Positions 26,001-56,749 are shown, counted from the first letter of the whole stretch. The stretch: 62,101 nucleotides of DNA, filler included, from Choristocarpus tenellus KU-1152 (GCA_964200185.2; 9 parts of 9 records of this genome joined end to end with filler, not necessarily neighbours in it), one strand, 5' to 3'. Notes: generated by a model not told the origin, from the sequence alone. Program-made: numbers and translations.

Positions 26001-27879
26001 TTAAGTACCAGTAACAGTATCAACTTGATGCTTGGCAGGGGTGTGTGGTGATCCGTACTAAAGCACCTCATTTTATCATTTTATCATGCTGTCAGTTCCT
26101 ATCATACCATATTCAAGTGTACCATCATGCAATACATAGCGTGATTGTGTGATTGAACATAAGTATTCTAACAGTCACTATATTGTACTGATTCTATTAT
26201 ACTGTAATACACCATATATTACCTCAACAGTACACACCTCCGTTGATTGCTATTCTATTTCCATTACCCCATCATATCTGTTCTGTCTATACATTGTGTT
26301 GTAACACTTTACCCTAAGGTGATCATACCACCAGTCATTGTACAATTCAGTTACACCTTCAAACAGGGTGTACCTTCCCATGAAACAATCATCTACCCTA
26401 CTCCAAACAATTACAATCCCCTCCTCCCCCCCCCCCCCCCCCCCTTTTTCCCTCCCCTATTTTTTTCCCCGGGGTGGGTTTTTTTTTTGCTAACCCTGTT
26501 CAATACCCAACCCCTTTNNNNNNNNNNNNNNNNNNNNNNNNNNNNNNNNNNNNNNNNNNNNTTAATTAATTAANNNNNNNNNNNNNNNNNNNNNNNNNNN
26601 NNNNNNNNNNNNNNNNNATATTTGTGAGGCCTGTGCAAGGGGAGGGGCAACTACACCTCACCCTTCCTCACCCCCCCCCCCTTGGCCACCAACAGGTTCC
26701 ACATTAATGTTAATAGTGAAATATTTTTTGAGATCAAATCTAGAGCATGAGGTATATCTCCCGCAACCCTCCTGCGCCAGATACTCCATGCCAATAGGAG
26801 AAAAACCTCGGACCTGGAGAGCACAATTCACTGCCAACCAGGGTCCCTCAGTCCCAATAATCCTGCTACTCAAGGCTGTGTTCTTCAAGGCAATGCCCTG
26901 GTGGCTAGCCCAGGGGCAGATGGTTTTGTCCCCAAGGCTGAACTCCCGTGCAGCTCCCAGCTGAGCCAAAGTCAGGATCTCAGCTGGGGGGATAGGCGGT
27001 GTTGGAGTCAAGGTCGGGGTGAAGATCAGGATGTTGGCCCTGGGGTGGAGAACGCTAGCTCTGGGCGGGACAAGGAGAGCTTTGGACAGGGATTCTTGTG
27101 CGTAGGTGATTCGATGAGAGTGGATGCAGTGGTGGCGAGGAGGATACAGGTGCCATGTACTATTTACACTCTTTGTGGATGATACACGGAATCACCTGTG
27201 GAGGCGAAACCGTCTCAACTCGCCCGTGTTGTAACTGTAAGGTCCTTTGTAGAGGCTGAATAAACGCATTCACACTCTTGACTCAATGTGACGCATAGAT
27301 GGGCTGTTGTATTATGCGACTCATGGGATCATTCTTATTTTTTTGTGCTGTTACATGTGCACACGCAAAAGACACGCAGGAGATGATGATGATGTCCCAT
27401 GTGTTAATGAATACAAGAATGAATACGTTGGGAAACTTAGACCGTACTTCGTCCAGTCCTGAGAGTTAGGGTTGGCGCTTGGGCCAGTTAGGGTTCAGGG
27501 TTAGTGTTTTGGTTGTTGTTATGGTGCAGGGTGGATCACTATCCGAAAGGAATTTTATCTGATATTTTTTATATTTTTATCGTTGTCTCTTGTCCTCTGT
27601 TAGAAGGGAACCAAAACAATCCAACAAGGTGGAACTGAGCAAGTGCACATGAAGTTCTAAGTGGTATTGATAAACAACCTTCTGATCTTTGTTACTGGGA
27701 TGAGATTTAGTGAGGGGTGCCTATGCTTGAACGTGGAGTGGTTATTTCTGCGTGTTGTGTTGAAAAATGAATCAGTCCTTCAGGATAAGAGTTGTATGCT
27801 TTTGTCATCCCGCTGAACTCTAAATTTTTATGTGTGTGTTCAAAGCTTGAGATATGCTTCATTACATACTCTGTAATAA

Positions 27880-45602
<17,723 letters not shown>

Positions 45603-45755
45603 NNNNNNNNNNNNNNNNNNNNNNNNNNNNNNNNNNNNNNNNNNNNTTAATTAATTAANNNNNNNNNNNNNNNNNNNNNNNNNNNNNNNNNNNNNNNNNN
45701 NNCTTTCCAGTCCCCCCCATTCACGCAGTACTTTTTGTGTAATACACAGTAGTAG

Positions 45756-47267
45756 TTGTTAATAGGCGACCCAGTTCAATACTGTTCTCTTGTATCCCGA
45801 ATTTACATGATAGACCGTAGGGCTGTTGAGTTAACGGTCTGTCCTTCTCTTGAGTTGCTGTCATCTCCTACAGTTACTCTGTGCGTTTGTCTTCGCTCTC
45901 TTGCCATTGAACACGATACAGTTAAGACTGCCGAACCATTAACACTTGCATATGATGGGGATTTTTTTTCCCCTGTCCTGCAGGCAGACTTCCCTGACAG
46001 GGTGTCTGCAGCATCTCCCACCGCCTGCGCAGGACTGTTGTCATCCCTCAGAGAGATCCATGGGTATCTCCTCCGTAGCGGTGACTCTAGTGGACACTGT
46101 AGCAGCTACAGTAGTTGTCATGAAAGCCACAACCATCATGATGGCCAAAACCGCAACCTCCTCCTTGGAAGGCAGCGGCAAATAGAAAAGGAAGAGGGAG
46201 AGGAGAATGAGGAGAGAGTTCCAAGAGTCTGCTTCTTACATCAGAAGGAACAATGGAATCCCTCGGCCTCCAGCTGTCCAAGGTCCTCTTTTGAGGGAGG
46301 AATATGTAACCTAGAAGGTGAGGGAGAGGGGGAGGACGCAGCTGATCACAAAGTGTTTGGTATGAATTGGGGGGCAGGGTATCTACAGCAGGGGGACTGT
46401 CGAAGGAAGAATAGTGACCTCCTAGTTGCAAGGAGTGACAGGGAGATAAACAACAACGAAAAGAAAAAAGAAAAAGGAGTGAGGAGGGCTATATACACCA
46501 CCGGAGGTGAAGGAGATAAGGTAGTGGGGGGAGGCTGTGGAGTTGTTAGAGGAGGCAGATTGCCTGCAGAGGAGATTGGTGCTTCTTCTGTCGAACATGA
46601 AGTTGGCAGGACATGCACTGGTGTTGTGGCTATGGAAGAGGTTGCTGTGGCAGGTAGATATTCGAGAGGTGGGATGGGTGCTGAGGTTGAAACTGATGCA
46701 GTTGCATGTGTTAGAACTACTGAAGAAACTGGGACTGGGACTGGGACCAGGAATTGGACTAATGTTGCATGGATTGGACCAAGAAGAGGCTTGGGCACTG
46801 GTGCACATTGTGTGACTGGGGTACAAGGCCCAAGAACAACTGGAAGGCGTTCTGGGGATAGTATTTCTCGTGCAGTGTATACAAAGCCGCTAGAAAACCA
46901 ATTAGCAGCGAAGATATCAACAACAGGTACTGATAAGGCAAGGAACAAAGCCCAGTTTGAGACCGGTCTTGGCAAAAAGAATAAGGACCAGTGTGGAACC
47001 GGCCTTGGTAGTAAGGACTGCTCCAACAGGACGTCAGGATTTGAAACCTCTGAGAGGCAGGGGGGGAGAGGCATGGTTGCAGGTAGTGGCGAGCAAAAGG
47101 AGTCCACCAGGAGGGTTTGCGGCAAAGACGTTCTGGTGGGGACTGGGAAGACAGAAGGAGGAGCAGGACTGGGGTGTAACCGTTGGAATGGGGAGGCCAT
47201 GGTGGAGATTGAGGTATGTGATGACAAAGGTGTTTGTTTTATTGGTTCTTGGCAAGGGCAGGTATAG
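45756..47267 (+). CDS. Large low-complexity G/E/R-rich coding exon of an unidentified gene (likely ~45980-47213)
   Basis: 1.5-kb open frame; polypyrimidine-CAG acceptor near 45980-46000 and GAG|GTATGT donor at 47213; no recognisable domain. Confidence 0.5.
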   Translation: MLIGDPVQYCSLVSRIYMIDRRAVELTVCPSLELLSSPTVTLCVCLRSLAIEHDTVKTAEPLTLAYDGDFFSPVLQADFPDRVSAASPTACAGLLSSLREIHGYLLRSGDSSGHCSSYSSCHESHNHHDGQNRNLLLGRQRQIEKEEGEENEERVPRVCFLHQKEQWNPSASSCPRSSFEGGICNLEGEGEGEDAADHKVFGMNWGAGYLQQGDCRRKNSDLLVARSDREINNNEKKKEKGVRRAIYTTGGEGDKVVGGGCGVVRGGRLPAEEIGASSVEHEVGRTCTGVVAMEEVAVAGRYSRGGMGAEVETDAVACVRTTEETGTGTGTRNWTNVAWIGPRRGLGTGAHCVTGVQGPRTTGRRSGDSISRAVYTKPLENQLAAKISTTGTDKARNKAQFETGLGKKNKDQCGTGLGSKDCSNRTSGFETSERQGGRGMVAGSGEQKESTRRVCGKDVLVGTGKTEGGAGLGCNRWNGEAMVEIEVCDDKGVCFIGSWQGQV

Positions 47268-48708
47268 GGGAGATTAGAGGATAGAAAATATTTTAACGTC
47301 AGAGTTCATTTGCTTATCAGACTGATTTTATTATCTAAATTTGTTGTAAATTACAGTATTGTCATATCGCATTGTGCTCTTGGAGTAGGCAAGTTAACTC
47401 CTTTAGTAGTGCTCTAGCACACGCAGTACATAGGTCTCTGCGATTAGCCCATAAGAAATATTGAATCTGTGCTAACCTTAATTCCATGGCTCTTAAACTA
47501 ACCCTGACCCTAATTTTTGTGACATTTCTACCAAAACTACTGTATCGCCTCTGATTTTCTTTCTCTTACATGTGTTCAGGGAGTAGATTGAATGTTCAGC
47601 TAAACTACAATCCACGTTCTAGCCCTATCCCTGTCCCTCCTCCTATGTCTCATAAACACCCAATACAGCTTAGTGCTGGATGCTAGCTTTATCCTAGCAT
47701 GTTCGGTCATATTTGTCCCATAGCGTCTGTTATCCAGGGCAAAGTTAGGGCCATTTTGCCCTGTAGCATCCGTTATTGGGACAATCTTAAGGGACCAGTT
47801 GGTCGGTAGCGTCCATTATCAATACATTGTGTCAATATACTATACTACTAGATTCCATTTCTTCTACGAGGCTCATTATTCATCACCAGGCTTGCTTGCA
47901 CCTAACATCTATTGTCAGAGCAACACCCAATGCAATTTCCTCTGCATTGTTCATTGTCCAGAAACGTTGGAGTACATTTTCCCTGAGACATCCGTTGTCC
48001 AGAACAGTCATGTTCTATGTCTTTGTTTTTATCTTGCTCGATTTTCTCAAACCCATGGTCAGATACTGTAAAGCAGAGGAAGAAACAATGGAAGAATTGG
48101 GGCAAAAGTGTGAATAATTGATGTAAAGTGGAAAGATAGACCATTCTGGGTCAATTGCTTGTAAAGCACAACCTCAGCATCTTTTGCTCTATAGTGTCTG
48201 TTCTCTCATGTAAATCTTCGGGTCATTTGGTTGGTAACATTAATCCAGGACACTGGTTGGCAAGATTTCACCTGTAATACCTGTTGTTTACCGAATTGTC
48301 AAGCTCGCGTGCTTTATAATGTTCATTGGCTGGAAAATCACATGTCACATGTAACGCAAGAATGTTGAGTTGTATCATGTGAGCGTTGTTACATTGTTCT
48401 GGGTGGATTTCTTCATGGAAACTGCTACTATCATGTTGAACCATCCATCCAACAGTGAGGGTGTATCGATTTGTATAATGTAATATTAAGACCCCTGTTC
48501 TTTCATTTTGCTCCTACACTTCCCGTATTCTGATCACACGCAACATGATCGTCATCTACCACCTATGTGCAGAAGTATATGGTAATGCCGTACTCTACTT
48601 TGGAGCTATTGCAATGAGGGTTGGAGACCAATATCGGATTGAATAGTTGATACTGATATATTGAACAGTTTTTTAAATTGGTTGACAAACAAAACACCTA
48701 AAACCCGC

Positions 48709-48780
48709 CGACCTCGCCGGGAATCGAACCCGGATCTCACCCGTGACAGGGGCGAATGCTAACCATTATACCACGAAGCC
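48709..48780 (-). tRNA. tRNA-Asp(GTC)
   Basis: 72 nt GGCTTCGTGGTATAATGGTTAGCATTCGCCCCTGTCACGGGTGAGATCCGGGTTCGATTCCCGGCGAGGTCG; cloverleaf, anticodon loop CTGTCAC, A and B boxes. Confidence 0.92.
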
Positions 48781-50220
48781 ATCAACATCTTATGCTTGTT
48801 ATGTTCGATATGGTACTCAAAGACAACAAGATCCTTATATGTATGCAAAATATAGGAAGTACTCTATTTTGGTGCGATACTATCAGTGTTAGCGACCCCT
48901 CAGAATAATGTGAAAGAGATCAACATACAAATATGATCATATAAGTCGAGCGGACTGAGAAAGGGGAAGTTTGTGAAGTAATCTGAGTATTGTGAGGGTG
49001 AGAATTCGTAGAGGGGAATATGTATGGTAAGTTGAGTGTTGGTAGGGGTAAAAGAAAGAATTGGAGGGTAAACGAAAAGTTGAAGACTGGATGGCTGGGA
49101 TACCGAAGAGGTAGTGGAGAAATTGAGAGAAGTGAATGGTAGGTGGAGGCATAAGGTAAGAAGGAATAGCAGAACTAATGGTAAAGCCAAGGGTGGTGGT
49201 GCAGGACAAGCAGCGGTAAGATCACAGTAGCCTTCAAGCAAACATTCCCACCCACCCACCCTTATGATTACTCACAGTAGAGTGGGGTGTTGGGGAAGGG
49301 GGGTGGGGGTCAAGTTCGGGCTGGGTAGATGTCTTCTAGTTCAAACGGCACAGTATTGAAGTAGATGGTGGAGGGGTATTCTTGCATTAATGTGGAGTGT
49401 TGTTGAGTGTGGTGAAGAATGGTATGATGTAGTGGAGAGTGGTGGAAAGTGTTGTGGAGGAAGGGGGAGGGTCGTAGAGTGCAGTAGAGGAAGGTGAATG
49501 GATTGGTAGAAATTGACCGCATTAGCTGGTTACTGGAAACTGGTGGTGAAGATTGGTCGCATTGGTTGGCTATCAAATATGGCTGGTGAAGATTGGTGAC
49601 GCTAGTTGGTCATTGGATATTCAGATTTGGACCCATTGGTTGGTAACTGGAAATAAATGGTAAACAATGGTCGCACTGGTTGGTCATCGGATATGGTTGG
49701 TGAATGGAAATAAGTGGAGATGATTGATTGGTCTCAGTGGTTGGTCTCCAGTGGTGTTCCAGTGGTTGAGGAGGAGTAGAATGGATGGAAGGCTAAGTAA
49801 GACGAGGCTAATTTATGAGTCCATAGTTTGTGAGCAAAGCAAGAGGTCATTAGTACTGTAAGGTGGGTGCACATGTGGTGAGGCAGGGTCCAATCAGTCG
49901 TGAGGGGTGTTCAGATTACCAGTTGTGTCAAGTTGGGGATGCTTCCTGCAAACCTGAAGCTCTTTGAGCCATCAAATCTTAGGAGAAGTTTAAATTGGAT
50001 CTTGGATCCGATGGATGATGTCACATGCTTGTGACCACCAACGACAAGCGGTCCGGGAATTCTCAAGACTTATCTGTGTCCCATGTTGATGGGAGCATCA
50101 CCAATAAAAAATATGCGCGCAAAATGCATTCACATGTACGACCAGAAATGGATAGGACAGGGGTCACGTACTGAATGTACCTCCCTTTATACATGCAAGA
50201 ATACAGTTAGAAGCGAATCT

Positions 50221-50292
50221 CGACCTCGCCGGGAATTGAACCCGGATCTCGCCCGTGACAGGGGCGAATGCTAACCATTATACCACGAAGCC
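50221..50292 (-). tRNA. tRNA-Asp(GTC)
   Basis: Differs from the 48709 copy at two positions (GGGCGAG, GTTCAAT). Confidence 0.92.
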
Positions 50293-50743
50293 TACCGTGT
50301 TATTCTCAAACTCAATTCCACTGTCTAATTGAACCGAACATTCTCATATTATCGTACCATTGATATCCAAAATATGTATTTTATTATTATGATATGTACC
50401 ATTTTCCAGATGTGTCATGAGAAAAGGCAATAAAAACTATTCACATATTAGAAAATCCCCTTCGAAAGTACCACTTCTCATTAATGTCAAAATTTTTTAT
50501 CTATTTTCGATTTTACTACCACGTATGTCTACTACTATGTTCATGTGTCTCCAACCTAGCTTCTTCCTGCACCAAGAATATATCATAATGTACAACAGTC
50601 CATTTTGTTGACACACGATCACCCCTCAGAATAATTTGAAGATATCAATATACTAATATAATGGCCATGTTAAAACAGGCTAATGAAAAGTTTCTATTAT
50701 TGGTACAAGTTTGTGTTTATAGTTGTACGAGTGCACTAAAACT

Positions 50744-50815
50744 CGACTTCACTGGACATCGAATCCGAATCTCACCTGTGACAGAGGCGAATGCTAACCA
50801 TTACACCACTATACC
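50744..50815 (-). pseudogene. tRNA-Asp pseudogene
   Basis: Colinear decayed copy (ctcacctgtgacagaggcgaatgctaaccattacacca) with a broken acceptor stem and T arm. Confidence 0.75.
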
Positions 50816-52059
50816 ACAATCTGGATTATATTAAATTACCTCTTCATACCCTAATGTCCACTCCAATCCTCCTCGACCAATGTCACACCACTCGTTCCGT
50901 ACTGTACCAACTCTGCGGCCCCTTTCCGCTTAACCACCTAGTAACCTGTGCAGCTGATTACCACCATTGATTTCCAAGCACAAAATAATCGAGTCATCAA
51001 TCGGTCCAGCCAATTCCGCCACTGATTTTCAGTCACCAATACAGTCCAGTCACCAACCAGTGCTGCCAATTTCCGCCACTGGTATTGAATATTCGAACAA
51101 TACTACCAATTTCCTTGAATCCACTCCGACAACAATCCTCTCAAAACGCTTACCTCTATTCATCACACTCCACATTCATCCCAGAACACCCCCCAACCAT
51201 TCACTCCCATACCATATCGTGCCTTTAGATTAGAAGACATCTACCACACCCAAGTTTTACCTCCCCTTCACATTGATGTCTACCTCTAGTTCACTCTTGT
51301 ACCTCTTGCCCTGGATGCAACCAATCCTTGCTACTCTCTGCTAGTTCTTTTGACACCCACACTGGGTCTCTCTGGTTGGCTCTAACGTACACCATTAATG
51401 ACCCTGACCTCCATCCCCCCTCCCTTTGTATCACTAAATCTGCCGCCCACGTAGATGCAATCCTCATTTCTCCCCCAACCTCTGGCCTCCTTTAATGTTC
51501 TCCTCAGGTTGTACATGTTGCCTGATTTATCTTAATCACTTTCCACCTTTCCCCACCCTTACGTGTCCTTAGGGAGTCGTTGGGTGGTAGGTCTGGGAAA
51601 CATTCCATAATTCCAACCATAATCTCTAAAATTCCCATCCCCTCTTCACTCTTTTGCTCCTTTCCTTGTAACTTGTGAGTACTGCGCCCTTCCTCCCTTG
51701 GCCCCCTTTTGACCCTGTCAATGTGACTTCTATCTTATCTGCCTAGCATCTATATATCCCGCACAATCCAATCTGGTTGCTCCTTTCCTGCTCAAAACAT
51801 CCCACCTCCTTACTACTAAATCTTCATGCACTCACCCCCTTTTGCCATACACCCATAACTCTGAGGCTCTCACCAGAGAGAAAAATGAGAACTCTAGTCT
51901 TAACCTTGTCAGTTCCCACTCCCTTGATATAATCATCACTGTATTGCCCCAACTATCATACTCCACATCAATGGTTTCCTTATCTTCGGCTGACTACTTA
52001 CTCTTGTGTGACTTCTGCCTATACCCTTCATTACTGACGACAAGAATGTTGTGTTGGAA

Positions 52060-53450
52060 ACTGAAAATTGAGGATATGTTTGTGCCAGTATTGTAGGCTG
52101 GAATCTTACTCTTTATCATCTCGGCTTGGGTTCCCCTTACTCCCATAAAACACATGAATTCTGCTAATGAGTGCAAGTATCTTAGAGGGTACGAGTTTTG
52201 CCCTGTTTGTCCGTTTCGGCCTTGACTTCCCAAGGGATTCTTATGACATTTTACCTACTCCAAAATGTTTTAGAGTAGGTAAAATGTGTACATCATGAAA
52301 AGGTGTATCCGAAAAAATGATACTTACACTTCCTAACAAGCATGATAGCTAAAATTACATCAAAATCGCAACATTGGATTTTGGCCCCCAAAAGGACGCT
52401 GCTCTACTCTCTAAGATACTTTGACGCAATGCTTTTACCACATCCAATTCCTGACCCGTGGGATCCAGCCACCCACTCAAGCCTCTATATATACGGAACT
52501 CAGACCACTGCTCCCAAGCTGCCTCATAACTTTTTCGAGTAGAAGGTGCAACCGACCTCTGGCCTACTTGGCTGCAAGCACTCAAACATATTGTCTAACC
52601 CTTCCCAACTCAGGGCTTGCTCCTGCCAATTGACATGTGGACAATAAAGTTGAAGGTTAGATTGGTCCTTGTCCCTATCCCACTTACAAAACAACATATC
52701 TTTCCCACTGCAGCCAAAAAATAAGGTTTCAAGGTTATCAGACATTTCATAGTCTGCTTTTCTCGTGGTTCTGCCCATTTATTTCCCCTTTGGGAATATT
52801 GTCCTTTCTGCTGAATGCTGTCAGTCATGTCAGTTGGTCCAACACCTGCTCCGTCACATCCACTGTCTCCTTCAGAATTCGCTGTACCACCTTCCACGTC
52901 GATCCTCAATACCATTTATGAATAGGAGAATCCTTCCAAGTAGCACAAAATATCTTCTTGTCTTTGCTGTTCTCCACATCTGTACCGCCACCCTCTCTAA
53001 TCCTCCTGGCAAGAGACATCGACTCTGTCGTTCCTCTTCCCTCCCTTGACGATTGGTTCTCCCCCCATCAGATTGACACTCTTCATCATGGAGGACAGGC
53101 TCATTCCAGTCTTACTTTGCAAACATAGCCATCAACTTTGCCATTCCTCTAGACATCTCTGCCATACGCTTTAACAAAATGCGTTGGTTTTCTAGGATTG
53201 TTCCTATATCCACTTCCTCGCCCCCACTCTCTTTCTCATCCACTTTTTGTTCCATTCCCTCACCCTTTCTTGACTCGTCCTTCTCATGCTTTGCCTGCTC
53301 GATCTCTCCCCAGACTCGGTCAACCACCATCTCTTTCCGCTTCTAAAGTTCGCTCCTCGATCCCTTCTCCTCCTCCACTCTTCCACTAATTGTTCTTCCA
53401 ATGTTTATTCTTTCTTCCTGCCCTGTTTCCCCTTCTGGGTGGCCCATCAG
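52060..53450 (-). mobile_element. DIRS/Ngaro-like tyrosine-recombinase element remnant, split by a MITE
   Basis: SVAPSTRKSYEAAWEQWSEF...DVVKAL|AEFMCFMGVRGTQAEMIKSKI resembles the N-terminal SAM-like domain of YR integrases. Upstream are charged coiled-coil (gag-like) fragments; the outer boundary is approximate. Confidence 0.7.
52169..52427 (-). mobile_element. MITE family A inside the YR remnant
   Basis: TSD AAT; removing the element and one TSD restores the reading frame. Confidence 0.92.
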
Positions 53451-53530
53451 ACCTGCCCAAAGGGAAGGACGAGTTGTCGTCTTCCTTTTACCCCAACTCC
53501 ATATTAGTGTCGAAAGAATTGCTCAGATGA

Positions 53531-53715
53531 GACCCATAAAGTATCTGTGTGTGGGGGGGGGGGGATCTGCACCAGGCTGACCATTTGGGTCATAACCAGA
53601 AAACGCGCTCTTGTATTATCCATCCGACATATGCAACCAAACCACACAAAAATTGCAACATGAAAAAATTGGCCCCAAATGGACAGCCGCCACCCCCCCT
53701 CAGATACTTTGAGCC
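53531..53715 (+). mobile_element. MITE family B variant
   Basis: Same termini and subterminal caaatggacagccgcc motif, with a diverged interior. Confidence 0.78.
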
Positions 53716-53895
53716 TTGACACCTTGATCCTGCACCCTCTTTGTCCTTCTACCCCTGCTTTCAACTCTAACCTCCAATTTTGATTCTTTTTACCTCTGCT
53801 TTCCATCCTCCCAATCCCACTTCTCGTTTACCTACACTGTGTATAAAGCCCTTCAGTGTTTAACCCTTTCCCCTACCATTATTACCGTTTTTTTC

Positions 53896-54556
53896 TCATT
53901 TTCCGTTACCCCTACACATAACCCAGTACCCCTGCAAATTCTCACGCTCACAAAACCTCTGTTTGCTCAATCTCAGCTGCAGCTTAAAAAGGTTTGGGTC
54001 AAAAGATGCTACCTCCTTCCAGAGATTGTCAACCTTGATCTTGTCCCTTTCGAGTTCTTCCTGGTCGTTTTCCACCCTCAACTCTTGGAGCTCTGCCTTC
54101 AGGGGTTGCAATCTCTTCTTCAGGTACTGCTGGCGTCTCAGAGCGTTGATGGTCATTTTCTCGGCTTCAGCACGAACGTCTACCTCACGGTTCTCAGCAG
54201 CTTAACTTATTTTGTCTCTCATCTTCCTCATGAAGCGCTGCAGTCGCAGTAGGCTCTGACTCATTTTCTTCCTTTCTCATCACAGTGGCCTCCATCATGG
54301 TGAAGGCTTGCTTGACTTGGACCTCCACCTCTGCTTTCACTTCCTTCAATTCGATCTCCATCTCAACTTGTTTCGTGACCATGGCCTCAGTGTCGGCAGT
54401 TGCCCTCTTTGCTTCAAGTACAGCAGACGCAATAGTGGCAGTACCTTCCTCCGTCATCTGTCTAGGTTCTTGAACCACGAGTGGTTTGCCTATGCTAGTG
54501 ATACCATGCTTGTCCTTGTATATTCTTTTTAGCTGTCTGGAATCTCTTTTGCTCAC
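53896..54556 (-). pseudogene. Frameshifted coiled-coil ORF remnant, probably transposon-derived
   Basis: Two E/K/A-rich heptad-like ORFs in adjacent frames. Confidence 0.35.
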
Positions 54557-55014
54557 TGCCTAGTGGTCGCCTACACATCTTCCTGGAGTTGCCCATTTTC
54601 AATACCACTTATCACAGCAACCTTACGGATGATTGAGGTGTGGTTTGTTGCAAAAGAAGCCTTGAAGGCCCCTCTAAACGATCGATCGAGACTTTTTATA
54701 ACCAATTTTATATTCCACTATATGTAAGTGAAACACATCGAAAACTTTAAATAAAAATTCCCGCGATAAAATTTTGTAAAACCAGTTGATAAGAACACTA
54801 GCCCTCTCTATTGTAGAGTACCTATGAAAAGCTCAACACCAACCATTATTGAGTAATCATGATTGACATCGTAAAAAGTTCGATTCTATTAGTAAGTAAG
54901 TCCTGTTGTAGAGAGGAGAAATGTTACATCAGTTGAGGGAGACAAACTTCACAAGGATGTGGGGTGAGCAATGACGGCAATATATATGTATGGCTTTTAT
55001 TTCTAGGCCTAACT

Positions 55015-55470
55015 GTAGTATTTTTTTATTATTATGCCCTCTGACATTTTGTAGATGTGTCAGGGGGAAACCAATGAAAACTATTCATATTGTCAGTATA
55101 ACCCCTAAAGAAATGAAGATGTTATAAATGTGAAAGACATTAATCTATTTGTTACTTCACCACTATGTTGTACTACTGCCTTCCTGTGTCTTCCATCTAC
55201 CTATACCTGTGCCCCGGGGGAGGAGCTACAGAAGCATCCCAAGAATCCAATAAACCCCTCCGTGCCCATCTTCTTGGTGATTCCAGCTTTTAAAATGCAT
55301 GACACATCTGGACAGTGCCACTTGCGTAGTTACCGAGACAATTTGGCATAGCCGGGATTTAACTACTCCTTTCCTGCTATAACCTCCAGCCCCTCTCCCT
55401 CTACCATGTGAGTAGCCAGCTCATCCAGGAAGCATTCCACTTGCTTGCCGAGGCGCCCAAAACTTTCCAC
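55015..55470 (-). mobile_element. CRE-type element 3' end (RLE tail plus 3' UTR), cut by the contig end
   Basis: Reverse strand reads VESFGRLGKQVECFLDELATH. UTR motifs aatagatta...tttcacattt and aaaatgtcagaggg match 21881-22005. Confidence 0.8.
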
Positions 55471-55570
55471 NNNNNNNNNNNNNNNNNNNNNNNNNNNNNN
55501 NNNNNNNNNNNNNNTTAATTAATTAANNNNNNNNNNNNNNNNNNNNNNNNNNNNNNNNNNNNNNNNNNNN

Positions 55571-55776
55571 CATGATTAATTAGTCGCTTCGACGATTGGT
55601 TTTCCAGCTCGCCACGATTAATCAGTTGCTTTGACGATTGATTTCCCAGCTCACCACGATTAATTAGTCGCTTCGACAATTCATTTCCCAGCTCACCACG
55701 ATTAACCTGTCACTTCAACTATTCATTTCCCAGCTCACCATGATTAATCAGCTGCTTCGACGATTGATTCCCAGCT
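55571..55776 (+). repeat. Minisatellite, 5 copies of ~42 bp, ending in (CCCTAA)2
   Basis: Unit cacgattaattagtcgcttcgacgattgatttcccagctcac. Confidence 0.92.
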
Positions 55777-56273
55777 AACCCTAACCCTAATTACTACAAA
55801 ACCGATATTGTACCATATAAATTATGTGCCGCTTTTTTCGGGCATGCCCATGGTTGCACAAAATCGGGGTAGGTACTTTATGTATATAAATGGATGGGAG
55901 TTGTGTTGGAGGTGGATACAAGGGACGGGGGATGGAATCCTAGGGGAATCGTATGCCAGCATTGGATCTCTAACTCTGTAGGTATTTACGCATGGTAACT
56001 GCTGCAGCAGCGCAGGGACGGTCAGATGAGATGATATTGTTGAAGCACAAATAAACATATCACACGTGTATATACACATATATGTAACACATAACACCAC
56101 GCTGGAGGGATCTCTAACTTTGTACATCAGACATCTTAGCGTGGTAACTGCAAAGTGAATGTGGCGAATACGGTCGGATTACATTGTTCTGAGATAGGAC
56201 TACTGTTCAATCATCAAGCAGGGGGAAAAATATACCGGGTACAAATAACACTGTGTACATACGTCAAACCCAC

Positions 56274-56749
56274 CTCTCCACGCCGGAGGATGCTCTTGCA
56301 TTATGTGTACCTTTGCAAGCGTTGATGACATGATTGGATATTCCAAACGATACCTTGAAAAACTGCGTACAAACGGGAATGCCGGCCGCGAGCATAGATC
56401 CGCCTCCAGGTCCCAAGTTAATGACAGGTACACGGTCACCAACAAAGTGCTTGCGATTGCGGCAGTTTTCACACGCCCGGATGATGTTCTGCTCTTTGGC
56501 CAATGTGTGTGCAAGGAAGGACTCACTATCTGCTGCGAACTTCTTCACACAGGCTAAGCGCTTGCAGCAGTCACCCTGTTTGTTGACCGGGATGGGTTGA
56601 GCCCATCCTCAGCGAAGCTTCACGCCGGTCACTGAAGTGTCATTGGTAGAAAGCTCCAGCGTATCATTGTTGGCGAGCTGGTGACGGGGCAATACATGGG
56701 GCAACGCAGGCGACAAAAACCATCCCCTTGCTGTGGGAGCAACTGCCAT
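56274..56749 (-). pseudogene. First exon of a putative Sola-type DNA transposase N-terminus, one in-frame TGA at 56609-56611
   Basis: Start context aacaccATGG; MAVAPTARG...KLR*GWAQPIPVNKQGDCCKRLACVKKF...GIPVCTQFFKVSFGISNHVI; donor AG|GTGGGT. The CC-x-C-x-F ... VC-xx-FF-xxxx-GIS pattern is recalled from Sola-like transposase N-termini; no catalytic domain is in the contig. Confidence 0.5.

Noticed and set aside
26658-27240. Possible retroelement 5' ORF fragment
   Set aside because: No motif I can identify with confidence.
46346-47227. 293-aa minus-strand ORF
   Set aside because: Antisense shadow of the plus-strand exon. The same applies to ORFs opposite the RT, SulP and RibD exons.
55571-55776. 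CRISPR array
   Set aside because: Units are head-to-tail with no unique spacers.
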